DNA from: a virus
Taxonomy: Duplodnaviria; Caudoviricetes
Length of the DNA stretch: 64,000 bases
Virus record (IMG/VR): IMGVR_UViG_3300020434_000055
Strand: one strand, 5' to 3'
Shown here in pieces: positions 47,601-57,137 of this stretch. The notes under the pieces were generated by a model. The model ran no database searches. It had not been told where the DNA came from and saw nothing but the letters and a program-made list of their open reading frames with translations. Position numbers and translations under genes: made by a program. Positions within the stretch are counted from its first letter, which is position 1. Every line of letters begins with the position of its first letter.

Positions 47601-50600
47601 GTGGTACTGTAGCAGGTGGCACCGGAACAGGTGGAACATTTGCATTAACTAAAGATGCTGGAACATATACGATAGCATTAGAAGATAAAACTTACACAGG
47701 TCTTACAGCTACATACGCCGGTAATATATATACTGCTACTACTTGGGACATAACTGTATTAAATGGGGCTTATACTGTCCACACAGTAAACACTTCAGGA
47801 ACAGGACATATTGTAAACGATAAACTTGAAATTTCTGGAGGAAGTTTTGGTGGAAGTTCGGCTAATAATATAGTAATCACAGTTACCAGTGTAGATGGTA
47901 CAGGACAAATTACAGGACATACTATTGTAGGTACTGCTCCAGATATTATTGAATCATATATTAGTCCAGTATGGTCAACAGCAGGTGGTGGAACACTTGC
48001 AACTTTTACTATAACTAGAACAGGTACAGTATATACAGCACAAGTAACAACTCCTGGGGCTGGATTTGCAGTAAGTGATACTGTAGTAATTGATGGAGCA
48101 CTTTTAGGTGGTGCATCAACAACAAATGATTGTACTTTAACTATTAATACAATAGGTGGATCTGGTGACATTTTAACACTTACTCCAACAGGTACAGCAG
48201 TTAATACAAAAGATTTTACAGAAGTTTCTTCATCAGGTTATATAGGAACTGGAGCACAATTTAGTGTTACTAATGTAGTTGGGGCTACTACTTATAGTAG
48301 TATTACTGCAACATCATTAGGAGAAAAATATGGAATAGGACAAGAATTAATAATACTAGGATCAAGTTTAGGCGGTACTGACGGTGTACATGATTTAACT
48401 CTTGCATTAACAGGACCTTTAGGGGCCAATGATGCTGTAGTAGATCAACAATGGACAGACAGTGGTGCGGCACAACCAGGTCCTGAAACAAAAAATTATA
48501 CAGTAAATGATTTATTATTAGCTGGAGGAGTATCCTTAGGAGGTACAGCACCAACTAATGATGCATATGTTACAGTTACAAGTGTAGATGCAAATGGATC
48601 TATTACTGGTATGTCTATAGCAGGTACAGGAACAGATGCTAACGTAGATTATGTTAGTCCAGCATGGACAACATCAGGTTCAGGTGTAGATGCAACGTTT
48701 AGTGTAAACAGAACAGGAACAACATATTCAGTTTCAGTAACAGGTACAGGCTCAGGTTTTGCCGCAACAGATACAGTAACTTTTGCAGGAGATTTACTTG
48801 GTGGTGCTACAACTGCCAATGATTGTACTATTACAGTTGACTCAGTTAGTGCTGGAGCAATTGCTACAATAAGTGCCGCGGCAGGAACATCAGTAAACAC
48901 TCAAACTTTTTCACCAGCATCAATATCTGCAAGAGTAGGTACATCGGCCACTTTTGATGTTGACATAGCAGGTGGAAATTATACAGTATCTTTGAATCAA
49001 GGAGGATCAAATTATTGGGTTGGTCAAGAAATTACACTTCCTGGTACAATATTATATGGTAGTTCAACAGCAAATGATTTAGTAATTACTATTACAGCCA
49101 TTGATGCTGTTGCCACAGGTGTCATTACAACATTTAATTCGGCGGGAAGTGCCAATACTGGAACAGGTGGAATATCTACTGTTATGAGCGGTCAAAATAG
49201 AGCAATGACAGGAGTAGGTGGTACGTTTAGTGTAACAAGATCTTATTCAGAAGATTCTTCAACAACATATACTGAATGTCAAGTAACTTCTCCAGGTTCT
49301 AATTATAACGTAGGAGACAGACTTACTATATCAGGAGCAAGTTTAGGTGGAACTACACCAGCCAATGATCTCGAAGTTTTAGTTCAAGCAGTAAGTTCAG
49401 CAGGAGCCGTAACAGCAAATACTCACTCAGGTACTGCTATAGTAGGAACGGGTGTAACAGTTTATTCAAGTATAACGATATCTGATGCAACAACGACAAG
49501 TATTCCAAATGGAACTACATTAACTTATACTGCGATAGCAACTATGGAAGTAACTTTCTTAACTCCACATGGATTAGTTCCAGGTGCAGGATTCCTTGTA
49601 ACAATTGGATCTGATGACGGATCTAATAATCATATATTAGCATCAGGACCAGGTCTTGTTACAGAAATTCCTTCTCCTACGAAATTTAGATATCAGGTTA
49701 GATCTCCAGGAACAATTACAGATGCTCAATGGTCAGGATTCGTATATGTTAGACCAGATTCATTCTTTGTACATAGACCATTTGATGGAGGTGTTATGTT
49801 AGGAACAGGTGGACCACAACATGGTGCACAGGCGATAAGACAATCTAAAAAATATATTAGATATCAATCAGGTAAAGGTATTATGTATACAACAGGTGCC
49901 TTGTTTGCTCCATCTTATGATATTTTAAATGTTGTAGCAGATGGTAAAGCAGTAGGATCAGTAATAACAATTACTACAGATGAAATTGATCACGGACTAC
50001 AAGTTGGTGCAATAATAAAATTAATAGGAATAACACAACAAGAATATAATGATACCTATACAATAACTCAAATTATAAGTGAAAGAGTATTTAAAACTAC
50101 TGCACAAAGTACTTTAAGTATATTACAACCTGAATTTTCTGATCAACCTCAAGTATCATTAAAAAATTGGAATGGTGCAACAGTAAGATCAGGAATATTT
50201 GATGATCAAAACGGAATTTTTTGGGAATATGATGGTGTAAATCTTGCACTTACACAAAGAACAGCTACAAGACAATTAGCAGGTACAATTGCAGTAACAC
50301 CTGATTCTAATACAGTAAATGGTACAGGTACAAGATTTAGAGAACAATTAAAATCTGGTGATAGAATAGTAATAAGAGGTATGACTCACGTTGTATCGAA
50401 CGTTTCTTCTAACACAGAGATGTATGTAACTCCAGATTATAGAGGAGTTAATCCTTCTTCAGGTGTTAAAAGTTGTTTAATACTTGACAAAAAAACTAAA
50501 CAAAGTGACTGGAATTTAGATAAAGTAGATGGAACAGGACCTAGTGGTTATGATTTAGATGTCTCTAAGATGCAGATGGTAGGAATTCAAATGTCCTGGT

Positions 50601-52198
50601 ATGGTGCTGGATTTATTGATTACATGACAAGAGGTGGTGATGGTAACTTTATTTTCTGTCACAGAATGAGAAATTCTAACGTAAACACAGAAGCATATAT
50701 GAGAACAGGTAACCAACCTGTGCGTTATGAAGTTACAAATGAAGGTGCTAATGGTAAACTTTCAGCTGATATAAGTGCTGGAGAAACAACAATAAGACTA
50801 TTAGATACTTCATTCTTTCCACCAGCTGGCGGAACACTTTATATAGATAATGAAATTATTACATATACAGGAATTAACGGAAATAGATTAACAGGATGTA
50901 CTAGAGCAACTCAATTAACAAACTTTACTTCCGGTTCAATTAGATCATATTCAGCAGGAGCGGCGGCAGAACACTTTAGAAACACTGGAGTGGTATTAAT
51001 TAGTAATACATCAAGTCCAATTATATCACACTGGGGTTCATCTTATATAACAGATGGAGATTTTGATGAAGAACGTGGATATCTGTTTAGTTATTCAGCG
51101 ACAGCTTTAGCTTTATCAACTATAAGACAAACCGTGTTCCTAATAAGATTAGCACCGTCAATTGCAAATGCTTTAACTGGTGACCTGGGAGATAGAGACT
51201 TACTTAATAGAGCCCAATTGCTACTTGATGGTTTAGAAATAACATCTGAACCTACATCAGGTGCAGGTAATGGATCATTAGTTGTACAAGGAGTTATTAA
51301 TCCACAAAACTATCCATTAGATCCAAGTGATATAGGTTGGACGGGATTAACAGGAACAGCTCAAGGTGGTCAACCATCATTTGCCCAAATAGCGGCAGGT
51401 GGTTCGGTTAACTGGAACGGTGGAGCTACTCAAACTACACAAACAGCGGCAACATCGGCTATCATTACAACTGATGTAACAAACAACTGGTGGAACATGG
51501 GTTCTTGGTATAATAATTATTCATACTGGTTAAAAGAAGATGGCCCAGGTAACAATAATGGTTTCGCGGATAGAAATATTAAAGTAGGAGATAATGTAAG
51601 TGGTGGTAACTTTCCTGCAGGTACAGTTATTACAGAGCTTTATGAATATTCTTATTACTTCCTAGCATACTACAGTCAAAATCACGGTGGTATTCCTATG
51701 GCAACAACTATTACGTTTTCTATGGGTGGTGATTTAACTAATACAAACTACTTGTATATGGATCCTACTCAGTGGGAATCCTCAAATGCCACATCAGGTA
51801 CAGAATTGCAAGATACTAATTTCCCAGCTGGTACATCAGTTATTAGTGTGGATCCTAAAGCAAGATATGGTCCAGTAAGTACTGGTACAGAATATTACAA
51901 AGTAACGTTTTCACAAACGTCAACTGGAACAATTAATGCAGGTGCAAATGTTACGTTCTTATTTGGTAATCCACCATATGCACAACCGGGAGAAACGATC
52001 TTTTCATTCGTTGCACAACCGGGAGAAAGAGCAACATTATCACTTAATCAAATCAAGGAATTGACTAACACTACACTTGGTGGTCGAGGAGCATTTCCAA
52101 ATGGTCCAGATGCGTTAGCTATTAACGTATATAGAACAGCAGGTTCAGGTGATGTAGCTGGTACAGTTACATTACGTTGGTCAGAAGCTCAAGCGTAA
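44663..52198 (+). CDS. Giant (2511 aa) tail/baseplate protein with helical KC.RD repeats and G/T-rich beta repeats
   Basis: N-terminal helical repeats; DADFEYGLQPTKW block; about eight G/T-rich modules at 47366-49432. Confidence 0.7.
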   Translation: MAKKKLKNYIFQKGIPKTGNNYPIAWNLLDKNVEYLKDEMLGYIKASSARDTAINLYPNLDSRITNNKEYIKDEVASWVSARVIQNVAPFAGYTKAANVIEDDVDAVITAVARDVRYNGNEQIRAQIETYFIDGTLQLANGGDPEIAYLTQARTIITDFIATGATYSSTQNATTQDLTGSNGESGGITEFTTKANQVIDTIDNGIIQTPALSSSPYVFENFTYDKSKCDRDYQFVLDAFLNDLRYNGNKSTRYISSKFWVGSTPQLDGDRQPEIQTQYWIRDFINNYIFTNVDASNQSPNASTIINANKEFIGDEVAAWFDATYPGVHSQTEIDKCERDSKFNIEAIAHDIQYGGNSEIVRTAKKYWEGAALTLYPNERTYAVAVNNKIEEIINGYILTNTPWTSLQSPSVTIQTMGSGEGSATAKVTSFIQILNAVTLNGVGQLPVEVHTTSHQDPITSVQFTDDNTSESLASNRISTLSFIISDVMENGLDNLPALERNEVSSIRAVDPAGKIKHEDILLVTNTTRNTVLYNFADPSMGCEVEYDRGLTGSSHTELVEDTDFPSFLEGADTISTIFFNVDTSTHENTDSIQAFIEATELRVRPFDFGTDAIERYRIAKPQSMIDADFEYGLQPTKWQAISTQRGYPSIYEVPGTDIDVESVTTDASTSTQGIGASLITVNTTGPHNLDVGAPISIIGFAGSGVEGTGRATGSFVVHTIPTNKQLTYYAKAKVGTSAGAVISTKFTQMRRAAFYTGADLGEPSFSVASNGSSGAVVTSIGAIQGETVLAFTGTPPPTGAPITGTGVATGTQVTAIQGTGGAIATPKISGDYASGTSQINVVDASGIVQNSVMDRGDGYATTIISVVGQTLVLSTPLNGALIGDQTVYPEVAGTNATPAGLEATFNVTWAGGNYTVTLINTGNDYVVGDAIVILGNMLSGTTPENDLIISVDEVDTAGEILAFTFTGVSFGGTGSLSGISGTVAGGTGTGGTFALTKDAGTYTIALEDKTYTGLTATYAGNIYTATTWDITVLNGAYTVHTVNTSGTGHIVNDKLEISGGSFGGSSANNIVITVTSVDGTGQITGHTIVGTAPDIIESYISPVWSTAGGGTLATFTITRTGTVYTAQVTTPGAGFAVSDTVVIDGALLGGASTTNDCTLTINTIGGSGDILTLTPTGTAVNTKDFTEVSSSGYIGTGAQFSVTNVVGATTYSSITATSLGEKYGIGQELIILGSSLGGTDGVHDLTLALTGPLGANDAVVDQQWTDSGAAQPGPETKNYTVNDLLLAGGVSLGGTAPTNDAYVTVTSVDANGSITGMSIAGTGTDANVDYVSPAWTTSGSGVDATFSVNRTGTTYSVSVTGTGSGFAATDTVTFAGDLLGGATTANDCTITVDSVSAGAIATISAAAGTSVNTQTFSPASISARVGTSATFDVDIAGGNYTVSLNQGGSNYWVGQEITLPGTILYGSSTANDLVITITAIDAVATGVITTFNSAGSANTGTGGISTVMSGQNRAMTGVGGTFSVTRSYSEDSSTTYTECQVTSPGSNYNVGDRLTISGASLGGTTPANDLEVLVQAVSSAGAVTANTHSGTAIVGTGVTVYSSITISDATTTSIPNGTTLTYTAIATMEVTFLTPHGLVPGAGFLVTIGSDDGSNNHILASGPGLVTEIPSPTKFRYQVRSPGTITDAQWSGFVYVRPDSFFVHRPFDGGVMLGTGGPQHGAQAIRQSKKYIRYQSGKGIMYTTGALFAPSYDILNVVADGKAVGSVITITTDEIDHGLQVGAIIKLIGITQQEYNDTYTITQIISERVFKTTAQSTLSILQPEFSDQPQVSLKNWNGATVRSGIFDDQNGIFWEYDGVNLALTQRTATRQLAGTIAVTPDSNTVNGTGTRFREQLKSGDRIVIRGMTHVVSNVSSNTEMYVTPDYRGVNPSSGVKSCLILDKKTKQSDWNLDKVDGTGPSGYDLDVSKMQMVGIQMSWYGAGFIDYMTRGGDGNFIFCHRMRNSNVNTEAYMRTGNQPVRYEVTNEGANGKLSADISAGETTIRLLDTSFFPPAGGTLYIDNEIITYTGINGNRLTGCTRATQLTNFTSGSIRSYSAGAAAEHFRNTGVVLISNTSSPIISHWGSSYITDGDFDEERGYLFSYSATALALSTIRQTVFLIRLAPSIANALTGDLGDRDLLNRAQLLLDGLEITSEPTSGAGNGSLVVQGVINPQNYPLDPSDIGWTGLTGTAQGGQPSFAQIAAGGSVNWNGGATQTTQTAATSAIITTDVTNNWWNMGSWYNNYSYWLKEDGPGNNNGFADRNIKVGDNVSGGNFPAGTVITELYEYSYYFLAYYSQNHGGIPMATTITFSMGGDLTNTNYLYMDPTQWESSNATSGTELQDTNFPAGTSVISVDPKARYGPVSTGTEYYKVTFSQTSTGTINAGANVTFLFGNPPYAQPGETIFSFVAQPGERATLSLNQIKELTNTTLGGRGAFPNGPDALAINVYRTAGSGDVAGTVTLRWSEAQA
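47366..49432 (+). repeat. About eight G/T-rich beta modules (ATF.V...Y.V....G..Y..GD...I.G..LGG....ND....V)
   Basis: Recurrent LGG.T..ND motif visible in the translation; one module appears split around others. Confidence 0.75.
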
Positions 52199-52591
52199 TT
52201 ATTTCTTTTCAGGATTATTTTTAGAATCTTTTTGACTATCACCTTTAACAATTCTATAATTGTCATCAGAATGATCAGGAGTACTAACTTCAGATACACT
52301 ACCGGAATTACTCATACATACTAATTGATGTGGTTGGCAAGGAGGATTATGCCAAGAGTCGCCTTCTTTTAATTCTTGAGAATATAAAGTTGCATCTTTA
52401 GTATCAATCCAATTTAATTTAAATACACCATTGTTTACAAACCAAGTTTCATCTTTATCTTTATGAAAATGCATACTAAATTTTGCTCCTTTTTTAGTAA
52501 ACACCATAATTTTTCCACAGTACTTTTCATTAGAAGCCCATATTAATTCATAGCCCCAACCCATTTCTCGTTTACCTGTTTTATTGATCAT
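52199..52591 (-). CDS. Cupin-fold protein (sugar isomerase/epimerase-like)
   Basis: WGYELIW..YCGKI..KFSMHFHKDKDETW..G..HNPPCQPHQL cupin motifs. Confidence 0.75.
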   Translation of the reverse strand: MINKTGKREMGWGYELIWASNEKYCGKIMVFTKKGAKFSMHFHKDKDETWFVNNGVFKLNWIDTKDATLYSQELKEGDSWHNPPCQPHQLVCMSNSGSVSEVSTPDHSDDNYRIVKGDSQKDSKNNPEKK

Positions 52592-53396
52592 TTACAAATT
52601 CCTTAACGGTTTTCCAATTAATGTCTATATGTTTATTTAATTTTGTCAAATCGGCGCAAGTATAACTTTGATATTGATTGCTTAAATTTAATGGCATAGG
52701 TATAGTTTCTATTTTAGCATTGTATTTTTTAGCGATAATTCCAGCTATTCTTAAAAAACTAGTAGTCTTACCAGTACCTACATTAAAAATACCACTAACA
52801 TCTTTTTTTAACATTTGTTCATGTACAGTACATACATCATCTACACAAACAAAATCTCTAAGATAATTTTCACTATTTTCAAAAATTTTAATTACTTTAT
52901 CTTCTTTAGCTTGTTTTGTAAATTTAGTTATAGGTGATGCTTGATCTTTTTTATGTTCTTCGTCAGAACCATATACATTAAAATATCTAAATCCTTGAAC
53001 AAGGACATCAAATTGGTCCACAGATTCAATAAAACGATCAAACAAATATTTGCTCCATGCATATGGATTCATTGGAGACACAGGACCATCTTCTGTAAAT
53101 GTACTTTGACCTCCATAAACACTAGCAGAACTGGCATATTGAAAATTTGTTCCCATAGTATCACATAATTGTAACAATCTCATACTAAAATCATAATTTT
53201 GTGTTAATATTTTTTTAACATTAGTTTCTGTAGTAGTTGCAATTGCGCCTAAATGTATTACCCAATCATATTTTGATGGATCTGGCACAACATTTTCTAC
53301 ATAAGAATAACCTTTTACAGTATGTCCTTTAGACTCTAAATGTTTAGATAAGTTTTTTCCTATAAATCCATTATGTCCTGTTATTAATATGTTCAT
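52581..53396 (-). CDS. hldD: ADP-L-glycero-D-manno-heptose 6-epimerase
   Basis: TGHNGFIG, YASSASVYG, YAWSK, GFRYFNVYG, RDFVCVDD, IFNVGTG, YQSYTCADL. Start set at ATG 53396, overlapping the upstream stop (TAATG). Confidence 0.85.
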   Translation of the reverse strand: MNILITGHNGFIGKNLSKHLESKGHTVKGYSYVENVVPDPSKYDWVIHLGAIATTTETNVKKILTQNYDFSMRLLQLCDTMGTNFQYASSASVYGGQSTFTEDGPVSPMNPYAWSKYLFDRFIESVDQFDVLVQGFRYFNVYGSDEEHKKDQASPITKFTKQAKEDKVIKIFENSENYLRDFVCVDDVCTVHEQMLKKDVSGIFNVGTGKTTSFLRIAGIIAKKYNAKIETIPMPLNLSNQYQSYTCADLTKLNKHIDINWKTVKEFVNDQ

Positions 53397-54001
53397 TAAT
53401 ATCCTGTCTTTTTCTCTCCCCAAGGTCTAGTTTTTTCTGCTACACTTTCGGGGATAGTTAAATGTGCATAGGTACTATCAGGTACCGGTATAAAATTAAT
53501 ATTAATTGCCATTCTACTTTTTACATCTGTACAAGTAGATCCAGAATGCATCATATAACTAGGAAAAATAACCATTGAATTTTCTACACTTGGTATTTTT
53601 GTACCATCTTCAAATTCAGTGTATCCATCATTTGTATTAATATAAAGAATTGCTGTAACACAACAAGGAGTTACTGTATCAACATGATAACCATGAGTAA
53701 CAAGTTTATCTTGTCTAGTAACAAGATTTGCTTTAACTCTAATAAAAGTTATTGGATCTAATAATGCAAAAACAGGAATTAGAGCTTCCCAATTAGATTC
53801 ATTTGTAACAATTCTATTACTTTCTTGAAATACGTGTGTAAATTGAAATTGGTATTTTTCAGTATCTGGTAATATGTGCATATCATCTACTACATTAGAA
53901 TTATAATACCAAGGAAAATTAAGACCCATGATAAGTTCTTGTAACCTTTTAAAGTGCTCAATTGATAATGCGTTTGGTAATTGGATTATTTTATTGTTCA
54001 T
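53396..54001 (-). CDS. 2OG-Fe(II) oxygenase-like protein
   Basis: HVD, TAILYINTNDGYTEF, MVIFPS..HSG and RMAININF give the HxD...H...R facial-triad pattern. Confidence 0.75.
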   Translation of the reverse strand: MNNKIIQLPNALSIEHFKRLQELIMGLNFPWYYNSNVVDDMHILPDTEKYQFQFTHVFQESNRIVTNESNWEALIPVFALLDPITFIRVKANLVTRQDKLVTHGYHVDTVTPCCVTAILYINTNDGYTEFEDGTKIPSVENSMVIFPSYMMHSGSTCTDVKSRMAININFIPVPDSTYAHLTIPESVAEKTRPWGEKKTGY

Positions 54002-55232
54002 TTTTAATTTTTTCTATTATGTCACTTGTAGAATGTCCTTCTATTCTTGGAAAAATTCTAACTTCTGCAAGTTCATTTCCTACGGTTGTTTGTACTGTCC
54101 AATCTCCCCCTTTTACTATAATATCTGGCATAACTTCTTTCATAAGTTTGTGTGGATTATCTTCTTCAAAAACTTTAACTTCGTCTACCCACGGTAACAT
54201 CATTAATTGTTTAACTCTTTTATCTTCATTATTAATAGGTCTATCCGGACCTTTTATTTTTTTAACACTATCGTCACTATTAATTCCAACAATTAATTTT
54301 TTACCTAAACTTTTTGCATATTTTAATAATTCTAAATGACCTATATGTAAAATATCAAATACTCCATTAGTAAAAATAACTCCTTTTTGTAAATCATTTA
54401 AAGTAACAGGTACAACACCACGTTGTTCTACGTTTCTAGCTGATGCCGTACACGCCAATTTACAACATTCAAATACATTAATATCTTTGGATATACCATA
54501 AGCTAATACACTTAAAAATGTGTCTCCTGCACCTGTAACATCTGCAACATCTTTTGCTTTTTCTTTTAATAAAGAATATTCACCTGTAGTACATAATACA
54601 TGAGCACCATTACTACCATCAGTAACTATTAACCATGTCCATTGATGTTCTCGCATAAATTTAAGAGCATCAGTAATTGAAAATACACTATTCCATTCGT
54701 TATATTCTTTCATATTTGGTTTAACAATATATGCTCCATCATAGGTATCTGCACTTTGTTTTGGATCAACTATTACATATTTTGTTTTTTTTAATAATTT
54801 AGATATTGTATCTTTTTTAATAACACCTTTATTATAATCACTAACAATTACTATATCATTTTCATTACAATCAACTGTAACTTCATTAGAATAATCTTCT
54901 TCTTTATCTAATCTTAAAACGTGTTTACCACCTTGACCTATTATCCTTGTTTTAGTAGTTGTAATAGAATGATCATAATTTAATTTAGGATGTATTTCTT
55001 GATTTAAAAATAATTTTATTAATTTTTTACCTGGATCATCTTGTCCTATTGCTCCATATAATTCACAAGGTACCTTTAAATTTGCAATATTAACTGCAAC
55101 ATTTCCAGCACCTCCTATACTATATTTTTTATTATTCTCTTTTATAACTAATACAGGTCCTTCAGGTGAAACTCTTTCTGCATTTCCTTCTATCCATATA
55201 TCTAACATAACATCACCAATTATTTTAATCAT
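53991..55232 (-). CDS. hldE: Bifunctional heptose-7-phosphate kinase / heptose-1-phosphate adenylyltransferase
   Basis: PfkB domain (GGAGNVAVN, DVTGAGDTF) fused to a nucleotidyltransferase domain (FTNGVFDILHIGH, GINSD..KG..RPIN, KGGDW, STS). Confidence 0.92.
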   Translation of the reverse strand: MIKIIGDVMLDIWIEGNAERVSPEGPVLVIKENNKKYSIGGAGNVAVNIANLKVPCELYGAIGQDDPGKKLIKLFLNQEIHPKLNYDHSITTTKTRIIGQGGKHVLRLDKEEDYSNEVTVDCNENDIVIVSDYNKGVIKKDTISKLLKKTKYVIVDPKQSADTYDGAYIVKPNMKEYNEWNSVFSITDALKFMREHQWTWLIVTDGSNGAHVLCTTGEYSLLKEKAKDVADVTGAGDTFLSVLAYGISKDINVFECCKLACTASARNVEQRGVVPVTLNDLQKGVIFTNGVFDILHIGHLELLKYAKSLGKKLIVGINSDDSVKKIKGPDRPINNEDKRVKQLMMLPWVDEVKVFEEDNPHKLMKEVMPDIIVKGGDWTVQTTVGNELAEVRIFPRIEGHSTSDIIEKIKNEQ

Positions 55233-55660
55233 ACTATAAATTTAACCATTTTAAAAACTGTTTCTAATTTTGTTTGATTGGTTTTATTTTGTAATGTTTT
55301 TCTTAATCCTTGATGCAAAGGTTTAGGCCATCTACCAAAAGCTACCCAAGAATAACCATCATGTTCTTTATTTAATTTAGGTATAAATTCATCTTTTACT
55401 AAACAAAGATATGTATGGTATAAGAAATTTTCATCATTACTAATGAATGTTTCCATAGGAATAGTTTTAACAATTTGTTGATTACCGATTTCTTCTTTAA
55501 TTTCTCTTTTCAATCCTTCCCAAGGATTTTCGGAAGTTGTTGTTCCTCCAACTAACCCCCAAACGTGACTTTGCTTACTTTGTGTCCTATGTAATAACAA
55601 AAATCGCTGAGTATTAAGGGTATAGAAAAGTGCTCCGCAACCAATTATTCTCTGGGTCAT
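55229..55660 (-). CDS. NUDIX hydrolase
   Basis: WGLVGG...GLKREIKEEIG Nudix box; LNKEHDGYSW. Confidence 0.8.
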   Translation of the reverse strand: MTQRIIGCGALFYTLNTQRFLLLHRTQSKQSHVWGLVGGTTTSENPWEGLKREIKEEIGNQQIVKTIPMETFISNDENFLYHTYLCLVKDEFIPKLNKEHDGYSWVAFGRWPKPLHQGLRKTLQNKTNQTKLETVFKMVKFIV

Positions 55661-55673
55661 GTAAATAATTATC

Positions 55674-57137
55674 TTAAAGAGTAATAGACCAGGTTCCTTT
55701 ACGATACTCTCCTTCGAAACTTAATATCCATTGTGTGCCATCCCATTTATATTGGATGCCTGTATTAAGGTTTGTAACGTATGTAGGTGTGAATACTGTT
55801 GAATCATCTAAATTATTAGCACTTGCATTAAAAATTACTGTCCAATCTGTTCCATTCCATTCTATAATATCATTAGCTTCTGCTACAAAGTCTGCATTAC
55901 CAGTACCTTTCCATGCATCTGCACCATCAGTATTACTTACATCACCGATAGGTCCTAATAATAAAAGTCTTTGACCTGCTACTTTTGTAGATGTAGGATT
56001 ATATGTTACCGGATCAATTATAAAATCTACTGTACCTCTTGCATCTGCATATCCTTGAATATCAGTATCGGTAGGAATAGTATCTGCGTCCCAGTTTACA
56101 ATTAATTGATTTTCATTTAAACTGTTAATTGCAAATGTTCCACTAATTCTTGTAGAAACATCTAACCTATTAAGATACAATGTGCTTAAACTTGCTTGAT
56201 ATATTCCAGGTAATCTCTCTAGTAATGCATTCCAATTGACATTTCCTACAACACCTCTGTCTACTATTTGAGCTATATTATTCATTACAAGAATATCATA
56301 TTGTATACCTGTAGTTCCTATAACACTATCAACATCTGCTTTAACAACTTTACTAGTGTCAATAGTACCGTCTGCACTTTTTACAATATCTGCTTTAATA
56401 TCTTTGCCATAATCATCTTGATAGGCTTGTAATTCAGGCATAGACTGACTAAGGTCAATGTTACCTGTTTTTTCATTGTATATGCTAGTAATAATTTGAG
56501 TAATAACTCCTAATTTTTTAACTTTAGTAGGAGGACTAATCCAAATAGGTGTTGTAAAACCTAAAGTAGCTATATCTATTTCGCTTTCTGCTCCCACTGG
56601 AATTGTTCTTCCACTAAACTGTACACTTGTTAAATCCACTACACTTAAACTAGTCCAATCAATATAATTGTCTGTAGTTTGGATTTCTAAACTTGGATTG
56701 AATAACATTAAAACTTGTTCTAAAATTTGTAATTTTTGTTCAGTATTTGTAGACCATATATCACAATTTACATTTAACGTATAAGGTGTTGGCATTAATC
56801 TTTCTACAGTATAATTTGATCCTTGAACATTAAGATATTCTTTATTGGAATCATCATAAGCACGTTCTCGTAAATGAATTTTACTAACATAAGTAGCATC
56901 TGCTAATCTGTCTCTAGCCATTTCTAAACCATTAACATAAATTCCCATTCTAGGAGCAGAAGGAATTTTATTTTCTGAATTATCTCTTATGATATGACCA
57001 ACTTGTCTAGAAATATCACCATACATGACAGGTATTTGTTTTAGATTTCCATCACCATCTTTATAGCTAAAGTTACTCATTAGTCTAATAATTTGAGTGA
57101 TATATCGTCTTATCTGTCCGTCGTAAAAAAATTGCAT
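55674..57137 (-). CDS. Tail terminator / sheath completion protein (T4 gp15-like) with C-terminal extension
   Basis: FFYDGQIRRYITQ..IPVMYGD..QILEQVLMLFNP pattern; adjacent to neck genes. Confidence 0.65.
   Translation of the reverse strand: MQFFYDGQIRRYITQIIRLMSNFSYKDGDGNLKQIPVMYGDISRQVGHIIRDNSENKIPSAPRMGIYVNGLEMARDRLADATYVSKIHLRERAYDDSNKEYLNVQGSNYTVERLMPTPYTLNVNCDIWSTNTEQKLQILEQVLMLFNPSLEIQTTDNYIDWTSLSVVDLTSVQFSGRTIPVGAESEIDIATLGFTTPIWISPPTKVKKLGVITQIITSIYNEKTGNIDLSQSMPELQAYQDDYGKDIKADIVKSADGTIDTSKVVKADVDSVIGTTGIQYDILVMNNIAQIVDRGVVGNVNWNALLERLPGIYQASLSTLYLNRLDVSTRISGTFAINSLNENQLIVNWDADTIPTDTDIQGYADARGTVDFIIDPVTYNPTSTKVAGQRLLLLGPIGDVSNTDGADAWKGTGNADFVAEANDIIEWNGTDWTVIFNASANNLDDSTVFTPTYVTNLNTGIQYKWDGTQWILSFEGEYRKGTWSITL

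Noticed and set aside
52193-52204. Abutting convergent stop codons (TAATTA) as an inversion breakpoint or recombination site
   Set aside because: No flanking inverted repeats or recombinase seen; compatible with ordinary compact gene packing.
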